Positions 38,285-47,449 of a stretch of DNA of 64,000 nucleotides are shown in pieces; within the stretch, counting starts at the first letter, position 1, and each line of letters starts with the position of its first letter. Below the pieces are notes generated by a model. It saw nothing but the letters and a program-made list of their open reading frames with translations. It was not told the origin of the DNA and ran no database searches. Source of the DNA: Planctomycetota bacterium (GTDB lineage: Bacteria; Planctomycetota; GCA-002687715; CAIWVZ01); contig JBGANV010000008.1 of assembly GCA_044222185.1 (NCBI GenBank), positions 96,001 to 160,000 of the forward strand. The letters are read 5' to 3'. The translations under genes were made by a program, and so were the position numbers.

Positions 38285-39931
38285 CTACTTCCTCTCGACC
38301 ACGGCCTTCGCGCCGAACACCTTCGGGTAGCGGACGTACACCTCGTAGCAGAGGGTCATGAGCGCGGTCGAATACACGCGGCCACCCTCATCCGACCACG
38401 GGTCGATCGGGTCGTAGCTGCCCGCGGCGCAGCCGGCCTTCACCTGGTGCTCGATCACGATCGACTCGAGGTTCTTGTTCCACCGCGCCCAGTTGTCGCC
38501 GCCGAGCTGATACATGGCGAGCGTGCCGTAGTACCAGTAGTACATGTCGATGGAGCCCGACGCCTCGTCCCACACGGGCAGCTTCTTCGAGAGCAGCGCG
38601 GCTCCGGCCTTCACCATGGGGTTCTGGTCGGCCTTGCCCGTGAAGATCCTCGAGCAGAGTCCCACGGCCGTGAGCGATTCCGACTGCGCCGCCGGCCACT
38701 TCGCCGTCCCGCCTTCCGGGCGAACGGGGAGCTCGCCCTTCTTCGTGTAGCCGGTGCGGCCGGTGTCTTCGTCCGTCATCGAATCGATGAAGGCGAGGCC
38801 GTCCAGGATCGTGCGTTCGTTGATGGTGAGGCCGGCATCCTTCGCGGCCTTCAGCGCCATGATCATCCACCCCGTGACGGACGCGTCGTTGTCTCCTGGC
38901 TTCTCGCCGTAGCGCCAAGCCTTGTACGGGTTCTGGCACGCGGCGATGTAGTCGGCCCCGCGCTGGGCCGAGCGACGCCAGATCGGGTTCTTCGTGAAGG
39001 ACGCCGCTTCGCACATGGCGATGGTGGCGCAGGCGTGCGAGTAGGTGTATCGCGGATCGCCGCGCGGCCCGAAGCAGCCCTGGGCATCCTGGCTGTCCCG
39101 CAGCCACTTCAGTCCGCGCCGCACGGCCAGATCGTTGAGCGATTCCGTGCTGCCGTCGTAGCCGGCGCCAAGCAGCGCCAACAGCGCGAGGCCCGTCACG
39201 CCCGAATCGAACGTCGCCTGGCCGCGACCGGTGCATGCCGGTCCGCCCTTGCCGTCACAGCATGCGGTGAAACCGTCGCAGTCCCACGATCCATCCGGGG
39301 ACTGGTGGCGGGCGAGCCATCCCAAGCCGGCGTCGATGCGCGGCGTGCGCGGGTCGCCCTTCTGCCGGAGGTAGAAGTCGCGACGGATGTTCCCGGCGAA
39401 CGGACGCCCCTTGGGAGCGCCGCCCCCGGCGTGCCCGCCGTTGCTCCCGAGGCCGATGGCCGTCGCGCGTCCCCATCCGCCGCGGCTCATGCTGAAGTCC
39501 TCGTTGTGGTTGTCCTCGTCACCCTCGGTCACGCCGAACTTCCCGGCCTCGTTCGCATGCTCGCGGATGCGGTCGTCGGTGTTGTAGAAGAAGGCATCGG
39601 GATCCGCCGAGGCGAGCGCAGCATCCGAGACTTCCGGGATCGCCGAGCGCTCGATCTCCTTGGGGGGCTCCGCCAGGTTCTCCTCGATCTTCGGGGCGTC
39701 GACCTCGCTGATGTGGCCGATGGTCGGTGCGTCGCGCTCTTCGCGCTTCGCATCCTTGTGTAAATAGACCATGCCGAGGATCGCCGCGAGGATCGCGTGC
39801 ACGGCGAGCGCCGTGACGAGGAACGGCGCGCGCTGGGCGGCCGTCTTCACCCTCTCTTCCGCCGTCAGGTGCGGTCGCACCAGGATCTCGCTCAACGAGT
39901 GATGATTCGCGCTGCCGTTGACCGTGCTCAT
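38285..39931 (-). CDS. Membrane-anchored prenyltransferase/squalene-oxidase-repeat (alpha/alpha barrel) protein
   Basis: GAGGAG RBS, N-terminal TM, GLGWLARHQSPDGSW, TGLALLALLGAG, DASVTGW, YYWYYGTLAMYQ, GGRVYSTA. Confidence 0.9.
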   Translation of the reverse strand: MSTVNGSANHHSLSEILVRPHLTAEERVKTAAQRAPFLVTALAVHAILAAILGMVYLHKDAKREERDAPTIGHISEVDAPKIEENLAEPPKEIERSAIPEVSDAALASADPDAFFYNTDDRIREHANEAGKFGVTEGDEDNHNEDFSMSRGGWGRATAIGLGSNGGHAGGGAPKGRPFAGNIRRDFYLRQKGDPRTPRIDAGLGWLARHQSPDGSWDCDGFTACCDGKGGPACTGRGQATFDSGVTGLALLALLGAGYDGSTESLNDLAVRRGLKWLRDSQDAQGCFGPRGDPRYTYSHACATIAMCEAASFTKNPIWRRSAQRGADYIAACQNPYKAWRYGEKPGDNDASVTGWMIMALKAAKDAGLTINERTILDGLAFIDSMTDEDTGRTGYTKKGELPVRPEGGTAKWPAAQSESLTAVGLCSRIFTGKADQNPMVKAGAALLSKKLPVWDEASGSIDMYYWYYGTLAMYQLGGDNWARWNKNLESIVIEHQVKAGCAAGSYDPIDPWSDEGGRVYSTALMTLCYEVYVRYPKVFGAKAVVERK

Positions 39932-40111
39932 GGAAGTCCTCCTCGGGTTCTTCCGGGGCGAATCGGCAATCGGGCGGGGTTGACGGCTCAGGTTCGCTCC
40001 ATCGGCGATCACGGGCGGCCGGCGGGTTTCTTAGAAGTTCGTACTCGGCCCGCCGCGGCTGGCAGCGGAACCGCCCCACTGTTAGCCCTTTGCGCCCCAT
40101 CGGAGATAACC

Positions 40112-41623
40112 GTGAAGGTTTCGGATCTGCTGCGTGCGTTGCCGGGAGCGCGGTTCGCCGGATCGGGAGATCCGGATGTCGTCGCAGTCACACACGATTC
40201 TCGTCGCGTCACGAAGGGAGCGCTGTTTTGTGCGCTGTCGGGCGAACGTGCCGATGGCCGCACGTTCATCGGCGACGCAATCGCGCGCGGTGCCGTGGCC
40301 ATCCTCACGGACACGGAGACTCGCCTCACCCCGAACGCTCCTCAGATCCTCGTGACGAACCCACGCGCGGCCATGGCCCACGTTGCCGCCTTGGTGAACG
40401 GGAATCCATCCGCCCGTCTGTGCCTCGTCGGCGTCACTGGAACGAGCGGCAAGACGACGACGGCCACGCTGATCGACAACGTCCTCGGCGTCGTCCACCC
40501 CGTTCGTGGCCTGTTCGGTACGCTCGTGTATCGGTTCGGAACGGATGCGAACGCAGCGATCGACGCCACGCGTACGACGCCCGAGTCCACCGAGCTCCAA
40601 CCCATGCTCGCGGCCCTGCTCCGATCCGGTGGAACGGCCGCCGTGATGGAGTGCTCGTCGCATGCGTTGGCGCTCGAGCGCCTCGTCGGATGCAACTTCG
40701 ACGTCGCCGTATTCACAAACCTCTCGCACGAGCACCTGGATTTCCACCACGATCTGGACGCCTACTTCGAGGCGAAGGCGCGGCTGTTCGACATGCTGAA
40801 ACCCACGGGCACGGCCGTCGTCAACGTGGACGACGCGTTTGGCCGTCGGCTCGCCGATCGCATCCCGGCGGCACGCCGATCGACCTTCAGCCTCGATCCG
40901 CGATCGGGAGCCGACGTGGTCGCCGCGGCACACACGTCCATAGACCACACCCGACTGGACGTGGATATCCCCCGCCGCGGCACGCGATTCACCATCCGGT
41001 CGCCGCTCCTCGGCCGCCCCAACGCCGAGAACCTCCTGGCGGCGACGGCCACGGGGTTGGCGCTGGGCATTCCGCCTGCCCGGCTCACGACGGCCCTCGC
41101 TGCCGTCGCGACCGTCCCGGGCCGGCTCGAGCGGATCGAGAACGACGCGGGCCTCACGGTCCTCGTGGACTACGCGCACAAGCCGGCAGCGCTCGAAGGC
41201 GTGCTCCGGACGACGCGCGCCCTCGCCACGTCGACCGGGGGCCACCTCATCACGGTCTTCGGATGCGGCGGCGACCGCGATCGGGCCAAGCGTCCGGAGA
41301 TGGGGCGGATCGCCGCGCGCCTCTCGGACGAGGTCGTCGTCACCTCCGACAACCCGCGCACCGAGGACCCCCACGCGATCCTCGACGAGATCTGCGCTGG
41401 CATCACCGACCGCGCCGTGCTGCGCATCGTCGACCGCCGCGCCGCCATCGGCACTGCGATCCGCATGGCGAGGGCAGGCGACGTGGTCCTGCTCGCGGGA
41501 AAGGGCCACGAGACCTACCAGGAATTCGCCGACCGGAAGGAGCCGTTCGACGACCGGATCGTCGCGAAGGAAGTCCTGGACTCGCTCTCGCAGGGACGAG
41601 CCGCGGAGGTGACCGCGTCGTGA
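40112..41623 (+). CDS. murE: UDP-MurNAc-Ala-Glu:meso-diaminopimelate ligase
   Basis: HDSRRV, GVTGTSGKTT, MECSSHAL, FTNLSHEHLDFH, DYAHKP, GCGGDRD, DNPR (mDAP-type), AGKGHE. Confidence 0.95.
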   Translation: MKVSDLLRALPGARFAGSGDPDVVAVTHDSRRVTKGALFCALSGERADGRTFIGDAIARGAVAILTDTETRLTPNAPQILVTNPRAAMAHVAALVNGNPSARLCLVGVTGTSGKTTTATLIDNVLGVVHPVRGLFGTLVYRFGTDANAAIDATRTTPESTELQPMLAALLRSGGTAAVMECSSHALALERLVGCNFDVAVFTNLSHEHLDFHHDLDAYFEAKARLFDMLKPTGTAVVNVDDAFGRRLADRIPAARRSTFSLDPRSGADVVAAAHTSIDHTRLDVDIPRRGTRFTIRSPLLGRPNAENLLAATATGLALGIPPARLTTALAAVATVPGRLERIENDAGLTVLVDYAHKPAALEGVLRTTRALATSTGGHLITVFGCGGDRDRAKRPEMGRIAARLSDEVVVTSDNPRTEDPHAILDEICAGITDRAVLRIVDRRAAIGTAIRMARAGDVVLLAGKGHETYQEFADRKEPFDDRIVAKEVLDSLSQGRAAEVTAS

Positions 41624-43053
41624 ACAACCCGCTCATCGACGACCTGCGTCCGGGCGCCCGCGCCGCCGTGTTCGGCATCGCTCGATCGGGACTGGCGACG
41701 ATCGCCGCACTCCTCGAACGCGGGTACGAAGTGGTCGCGTCGGACCAGCGCCCGGCGGAGGAGATCGGCGCGCTGCCGAGTCACCCGCGGCTGTGGCTCG
41801 ACCTCGGTGGACACCGCGAAGCGATCCTCGAAGGCGTCGACCTCGCCGTCGTCTCGCCGGGAGTTCCGCTCTCGCTCCCGATCTTCGATGCGGCTCGCGC
41901 TCGTGGAATCTTGGTGATCGCCGAGATCGAGCTCGCGTCGCGGCTCCTCCCCGGACACGTGATCGCGATCACCGGCACGAACGGCAAGTCGACGACGACG
42001 GCGCTGACGGCGGCGATCCTCCAGGCCGCGGGACTTCCGGCCATCGCGTGCGGGAACATCGGGAAGCCGTGGATCTCGTTCGCTTCGGAGGCGCAGAGAA
42101 CGGCATGGCGCGGACTCGGCGCCGAGCCGATCTGGGTCGTCGAGCTCTCGTCGTTCCAGCTGGAAGGGATCACTCGGTTCGCGCCGCAGGTGGCGCTTCA
42201 CCTGAACCTCACGCCCGACCACCTCGATCGCTACCACTCCATGGACGCCTACGGCGCGGCCAAGGCCCGCGTCTTCGAGAACCAGCGTGTCGACCACCGC
42301 GCCGTGATCAACGCCGACGACCCGCTCGTCGCGCGCGTCCGCACCAAGGCGGAGCGATTCGAGTTCTCGCGACGCCGTCCGGTGGCCCGCGGCGCGTGGT
42401 TCGCGAACGACCAATTCCTCCTGCGACTCGGTTCCGGCGAGGCGCGCATGGTGGCCTCGCGGGCGGATCTGGCGATCGCGGGCATGCACAACGTGGAGAA
42501 CGCGCTCGCGGCACTGGTCGCGGCGGCGCTCTCGGGCGCACCGGACGATGCGATCCGCGCGGCATTCCGCACCTTCGAGCCGCTTCCGCACCGCACGGAA
42601 CTCGTGCGCTCACGCGGCGGCGTCGGCTGGTTCGACGACTCCAAGGGCACCAACGTGGACGCGACGCTGAAGAGCCTGGAGGGGTTCCCCGACGACCGGG
42701 TGTGGCTGATTCTCGGTGGGAAGGACAAGGGCGACGACTTCGGGCGATTGGCCGACCTCGTGCGGGCGAAGGCTCATCGGATCCTTACGATCGGTGCGGC
42801 CGCTCCGGCGATCCACGTGGCGCTCGAGCCGGCCGGCCTCGCCGGGCGAATCCTCCACACCGAGACGCTCGCACGCGCCGTCGCGGAAGCCGCCGCGCAG
42901 GCGCGCGCGGGCGACGTCGTGTTGCTGAGCCCAGCGTGCGCCTCGTTCGACCAGTTCCGCAACTTCGAGCACCGGGGCGAGGTCTTCAAGACGCTCGTGA
43001 AGGCGCTTCCGGAAGCTGACGGCAGCGAGGCAGCCGGGTCGATTGCCTCATGA
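41620..43053 (+). CDS. murD: UDP-MurNAc-Ala:D-glutamate ligase
   Basis: SPGVP, ITGTNGKSTTT, ELSSFQL, PDHLDRY, DDSKGTN, LSPACASFDQF; GTG start overlaps the murE stop. Confidence 0.95.
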   Translation: MNNPLIDDLRPGARAAVFGIARSGLATIAALLERGYEVVASDQRPAEEIGALPSHPRLWLDLGGHREAILEGVDLAVVSPGVPLSLPIFDAARARGILVIAEIELASRLLPGHVIAITGTNGKSTTTALTAAILQAAGLPAIACGNIGKPWISFASEAQRTAWRGLGAEPIWVVELSSFQLEGITRFAPQVALHLNLTPDHLDRYHSMDAYGAAKARVFENQRVDHRAVINADDPLVARVRTKAERFEFSRRRPVARGAWFANDQFLLRLGSGEARMVASRADLAIAGMHNVENALAALVAAALSGAPDDAIRAAFRTFEPLPHRTELVRSRGGVGWFDDSKGTNVDATLKSLEGFPDDRVWLILGGKDKGDDFGRLADLVRAKAHRILTIGAAAPAIHVALEPAGLAGRILHTETLARAVAEAAAQARAGDVVLLSPACASFDQFRNFEHRGEVFKTLVKALPEADGSEAAGSIAS

Positions 43054-44456
43054 GCATTCCGTCGGGGCGCGTGCATTTCGTCGGGATTGGCGGAGCAGGC
43101 ATGTCGGTCCTGGCCGAGCTCCTCCGACGGCGAGGATGCTCCGTCACCGGCTCGGACACGAACGAGAGCGCGGTCGTCGGGCACCTGCGCTCGCTCGGCA
43201 TCCCCGTCCACGTGGGGCCCCATCGCGCCGAGTCGCTCGGCGGGGCCGACGTGGTCGTCACCACGGCCGCGGTGACCGGCGCGAATCCCGAGCTGACGGC
43301 GGCACGGACGCAGGGGATCCCCGTCGTTCGGCGAGCCGACCTCCTCGCCCGCGTCGTCTCCGAGGGTCGCTCGATCTGCGTGGCTGGCGCACACGGCAAG
43401 ACGACGACGACGGCCATGTGCGGAGCCATCCTCGCGGAAGCCGGTCTGGACCCGACCGTGCTCGTCGGAGGCGCGCCCGTCGGTGGGACGTCGGGGCTGC
43501 GCCACGGCGGATCCTCGTGGTTCGTCACCGAGGCCGACGAGTTCGACCGGGCGTTCCTGTCGCTGACGCCGACGATCGCGCTGATCACCAACGTCGACCG
43601 AGAGCATCTGGACACCTACGGAACCGAGGACGCGATCGCCGATGCGTTCCTCGCCTTCGCTGGGGCCATACCGGATGACGGCGTCTGCGTCGCGGGAATC
43701 GACGACCCCCGATCCGCCGCCGTGGCGGCGCGACTGCGCGGACGCCGCCTCACGTTCGGCACCTCGGTCGACGCGAACGTTCGAGCGAGGGGCGTGCAGT
43801 TGAACCTCGGTGGGTCACGCTTCGACGTGGTCTGGGCTGACCAGGTCACGCCGGTTGCCCTTCGCGTCCCGGGGCTCCACAACGTCCGCAATGCGCTGGC
43901 AGCGTTCGCCGCAGGCGTCGCGGCCGGTGTCGAGGCGGCGACGGCCGCCCGTGGACTCGCCTCGTTCAAGGGCATGTCGAGGCGGTGCGAAGTGGTGGCG
44001 GAGCGTGGTGGGGTCACTTTCGTCGACGACTACGCCCACCATCCCACCGAGGTCGCCGCCACGATCGCAGCCCTGCAGGCTGGCCGCCCAGGGCGGCGGA
44101 TCGTCGTGCTCTTCCAACCTCACCTGTTCACGCGAACGCGTGACCAGGCAGGCGGCTTTGCGCAGGCGCTGTCGGCCGCGGACGTCGTCATCCTCGCACC
44201 GGTCTATGCATCGCGCGAGGAACCGATCGCGAACGTCACGTCAGCGCTCATCCAGCGGGCCGCGAGTCCGGCGGACGCGCGGAGGATGACCGTGCTCGCG
44301 TCCGAGGGTGAGGTCGGCGCCGCCGTCCGCAGCACGCTGCGGTCCGGCGACGTCTTCGTCACGATGGGCGCGGGCGACGTTCGGAAGTTCGCCGCGCCGG
44401 CCCTCGCTCACTTCGCGGCGACGGCCGACAGGATCGGGTCCGGCGACTCGACGTAG
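43050..44456 (+). CDS. murC: UDP-MurNAc:L-alanine ligase
   Basis: HFVGIGGAGMS, GAHGKTTTT, EADEFD, EHLD, DDYAHHPTE, FQPH, MGAGD; ATGA overlap with murD. Confidence 0.95.
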   Translation: MSIPSGRVHFVGIGGAGMSVLAELLRRRGCSVTGSDTNESAVVGHLRSLGIPVHVGPHRAESLGGADVVVTTAAVTGANPELTAARTQGIPVVRRADLLARVVSEGRSICVAGAHGKTTTTAMCGAILAEAGLDPTVLVGGAPVGGTSGLRHGGSSWFVTEADEFDRAFLSLTPTIALITNVDREHLDTYGTEDAIADAFLAFAGAIPDDGVCVAGIDDPRSAAVAARLRGRRLTFGTSVDANVRARGVQLNLGGSRFDVVWADQVTPVALRVPGLHNVRNALAAFAAGVAAGVEAATAARGLASFKGMSRRCEVVAERGGVTFVDDYAHHPTEVAATIAALQAGRPGRRIVVLFQPHLFTRTRDQAGGFAQALSAADVVILAPVYASREEPIANVTSALIQRAASPADARRMTVLASEGEVGAAVRSTLRSGDVFVTMGAGDVRKFAAPALAHFAATADRIGSGDST

Positions 44457-46432
44457 CCCCGCTCGACGAAGAGCACGAGTCGGTCATACACGTCAGGCGG
44501 AGCGTCCTCGGCGTTGATGATCTCCGAGAGCACCTTGCCCTCGTGGGTGATCTGCCGCAGGAGCTTGATGTCGACCTCATCGCAGTCGAAGGCCTCGCCG
44601 CTTTGTGCGACGAAGATCCGGAACTGCCGCAGGCCGTTCTTCACCTCGCCCGTGTCGAGGTAGCCGTTCTCGCGGGGCACGACGGCGAGACGTTCAGCCA
44701 TGGGCGGATCCTCCCACGAGACCGGCCCGACGGCGTTCTGCCCGCGCAACTGGTAGAGCAGTTCAGGGTGGTTCGATGCGTAGAGCAGCGCCGCGCCGGA
44801 GACGGCGATCGGGATGTCGCTGCGCACGTGGTAGCCCTTGTGCAGTTTCTGGTGATCCCAGTCCGCGCCGTCGTTTCGGATGTACCCGGGATTTCCCTCG
44901 GCATCGAACTGGAGCTTGATGTCGTACTCCTCGGGGTGCTGAAAGACCGGAACGTCGTGTCCCAGGCCGAAGGTCCCCGTGTAGAGCGACAGGTGCATCT
45001 CGTTCCAGTGCCGGCGGAGATAGCGATAGGTCTCGCGCGCGTCCTCCTCGCTCTCCGTCGGGAAGCCGATGAACCAGGTCACCGCCACGTTGATGCGGTT
45101 GTCCTTCAGGTTGTCCAGCATGATCTCGATCTGGTCGAGCTTGTTGCCCTTCTTCATGCCGTCGAGCACGCGCTGGACGCCCGATTCGAAGCCGAACTGG
45201 AGCAGCTTGCAGCCGCCGCCGGCGAGATTGCGGACGTATTCCCGGCTCGTGTAGATCTTTTCGAACTTCACTTCGGCGTGCCAGTTCAGCCCCAGCTTCT
45301 CTCGCGCGACCTCACGCGAGAGGTGCGCCAGGGTCCGCGGCGGTGTCAGCGGATCGAAGAAGTGGATGTAACGCACGCCCTGGTTCTGGACGATGTCGCG
45401 GATGTCCGCGTAGACGTTCTCGGGCGACCGCATGCGGAAGCCGACGCGGAAGCTCTCGGGGCAGAACGTGCATTTGCCGTAGTAGCAGCCCCGCGACGTG
45501 GTGTAGAACCCGGCCGCTTCGGGGAGCATGTAGTGACTGAAGTCGATCCCGCGATAGTCCGGGATGGGCGACTGATCCATGTCGACGTTCTTGAAGAGCG
45601 CCGGCCGGACGATCTGGCCGGACTCGAACCGCCAAAGCCCGGCGACCTCGTCGAAGGGCTTCTTGCCCTCGACGGCGGCGACGAGATCGGGCAGCGCCTC
45701 TTCGCCGTCACCCACGATGGCGTAATCGATGTACTCGTAGAAGCGCGGGTCCGTGAGGATGACGTGCTGCGCGTCCGAGATACCGGTCCCGCCGATCAGG
45801 AACTTCACGTCGGGCATGACCGAGCGCACCATTCGCGCGAGCCGCATCGCGGGCGCGACCTGGCGCGAGAACGGGCAGGTCAGCGCGATCACGCGAGTCC
45901 CGAACGCCTTCAGGCGCGGGATCGTGTGGTTCGCATAGACGTCGACGTAGGGGTCGGGGGTCTCGTCCGCCAGGTGGGCGTAGAGCTGGGTCGTGTAGTT
46001 GGTGTTGCGCGGATCCAGGCTCGGCGTCAGGGCGTGGAGGAACCCGTGCGTCGTCCGAACCACTCGGTTGGCGTGGCGGAACTTCACGGGGTCGTAGAAG
46101 TAGTCCGCGTCCCGGAGGTTCTCCGCGGCCTGCCGGGCCGTCTTCATCATCTCCCGTGGGAAGAGATGGAGGCGCCGGTAGACCTGGAGCGTCTGCTCCT
46201 GTTCGGGTGTGCGCGCCGGGATCGCCGCGAGTGAGTCCGTGTAGCGATCGAGAAGTCCGAAGTAGCGGAACAGGTTCGCTTCCTCGAGCATCACGGTGAA
46301 CGCCTCGGCGTTCAGGTCCATGACCATCGTTTCGTTGCCAGCCCGCTTCAGGCAGGCGTCGAGCAGCGGAAGCGTCCCGAACGGCATCGTCGGAGGTGTG
46401 AAGTCCGGTGGATAAATCAGTGAGACTCGCAC
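44408..46432 (-). CDS. Cobalamin-binding radical SAM enzyme
   Basis: N-terminal YPP...DLN, B12-binding region (IGG...VGDGEEAL), TSRGCYYGKCTFC, GFESG, IGFPTE. Confidence 0.9.
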   Translation of the reverse strand: MRVSLIYPPDFTPPTMPFGTLPLLDACLKRAGNETMVMDLNAEAFTVMLEEANLFRYFGLLDRYTDSLAAIPARTPEQEQTLQVYRRLHLFPREMMKTARQAAENLRDADYFYDPVKFRHANRVVRTTHGFLHALTPSLDPRNTNYTTQLYAHLADETPDPYVDVYANHTIPRLKAFGTRVIALTCPFSRQVAPAMRLARMVRSVMPDVKFLIGGTGISDAQHVILTDPRFYEYIDYAIVGDGEEALPDLVAAVEGKKPFDEVAGLWRFESGQIVRPALFKNVDMDQSPIPDYRGIDFSHYMLPEAAGFYTTSRGCYYGKCTFCPESFRVGFRMRSPENVYADIRDIVQNQGVRYIHFFDPLTPPRTLAHLSREVAREKLGLNWHAEVKFEKIYTSREYVRNLAGGGCKLLQFGFESGVQRVLDGMKKGNKLDQIEIMLDNLKDNRINVAVTWFIGFPTESEEDARETYRYLRRHWNEMHLSLYTGTFGLGHDVPVFQHPEEYDIKLQFDAEGNPGYIRNDGADWDHQKLHKGYHVRSDIPIAVSGAALLYASNHPELLYQLRGQNAVGPVSWEDPPMAERLAVVPRENGYLDTGEVKNGLRQFRIFVAQSGEAFDCDEVDIKLLRQITHEGKVLSEIINAEDAPPDVYDRLVLFVERGYVESPDPILSAVAAK

Positions 46433-46541
46433 TCAACCACTCCTGCGATAGTTCGGTCGTTGGTTTCGGTGGGCCGCGGCGGCGGCGGAAGCCCCGGGGA
46501 GGCACCCGGCGGACACGGTGCAGAGCTTCCGAAGTGCCGGG

Positions 46542-46570
46542 AGTCTAAGCCCCTGTCAGAACGCGGTCAA
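46542..46570 (-). promoter_or_regulatory. Putative sigma70 promoter for the B12 radical SAM gene
   Basis: Minus strand TTGACC-N17-TAGACT. Confidence 0.65.
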
Positions 46571-46768
46571 GGAACCATCGGCCATCGGTCACACCCGCGT
46601 TGATCACGCGTGGAGCGCGGTCAACCCGGGCGGGCGCCGCGCCGAGGCCCTCCTTCGGGCGGCGCGTTGCCCGCAAACGACTTGTGGACCACGGTCCGCT
46701 CCGACGGCGGTGCATTCCGCCTCGCCTGACGAGCTTTTCCTGCCCCGATGTGAGGCATACCATCGCCC

Positions 46769-47449
46769 GTGACCCTGCCCGGCGACCTTCGATACGGCGA
46801 TCCCTCGGTCGCTCGCGCTTACCGACACAAGTTCGAGAAGTCGCCTGCGCGCCGTTGGTCCCACCTGATGGAGCTGGGGATGCTGGCGCGCGCCCTGAAG
46901 CGAGTCGGGGCGTTCGGGACGATCCTGGATCTGCCGTGCGGCGCTGGGCGCCTGACCCCCACGCTCGCGCGCGTCGCCGATCGGGTCGTCTGCGCCGATC
47001 TCGCCGGTCCCATGATCGACGAGGCGCGCGACGCCACGGCCGGCATCGCCCGTCCGCGCGACGGCCTTCAGTTCGTCCGGTCCTCGGCGCTTCGCATGCC
47101 GTTCGCGGACAAGAGTTTCGACGTGGTGGTCTGCTGGCGACTCCTCCAGCACCTGAGGAACGCGGCGGACCGCGCGGCGCTCTTCCGTGAGATGGCCCGC
47201 GTGGCGCGGCACGCGGTGATCCTGTCGTTCTCGGATTCCGGAACCTGGCGCGCGCGCTTCCGCCGGCTGTGTGGTCGCGGCAGCGATTCCGCGCGGAGCC
47301 GCGTGGTGATCTCGCGCCAGGCGCTCTCGGAGGAGGCCCGTCAGGGCGGACTCGTCCCCGTCGCGTTCTTCAGGCTGTCGTCGGCGTTCTCCGTCGTGGC
47401 GGCCTCCGCGATGCACGTGGCCCCCGACGCGAACGGGAGCGCCTCGTAG
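46769..47449 (+). CDS. Class I SAM-dependent methyltransferase
   Basis: ILDLPCGAGR, D...M, MPFADKSFDVVVCWRLLQH, EMARVAR. Confidence 0.9.
   Translation: MTLPGDLRYGDPSVARAYRHKFEKSPARRWSHLMELGMLARALKRVGAFGTILDLPCGAGRLTPTLARVADRVVCADLAGPMIDEARDATAGIARPRDGLQFVRSSALRMPFADKSFDVVVCWRLLQHLRNAADRAALFREMARVARHAVILSFSDSGTWRARFRRLCGRGSDSARSRVVISRQALSEEARQGGLVPVAFFRLSSAFSVVAASAMHVAPDANGSAS

Noticed and set aside
40090-41619. Apparent 987-aa MurD with a long N-terminal extension
   Set aside because: The extension is an off-frame read of murE. MurD starts at GTG 41620 after a GGAGG RBS.
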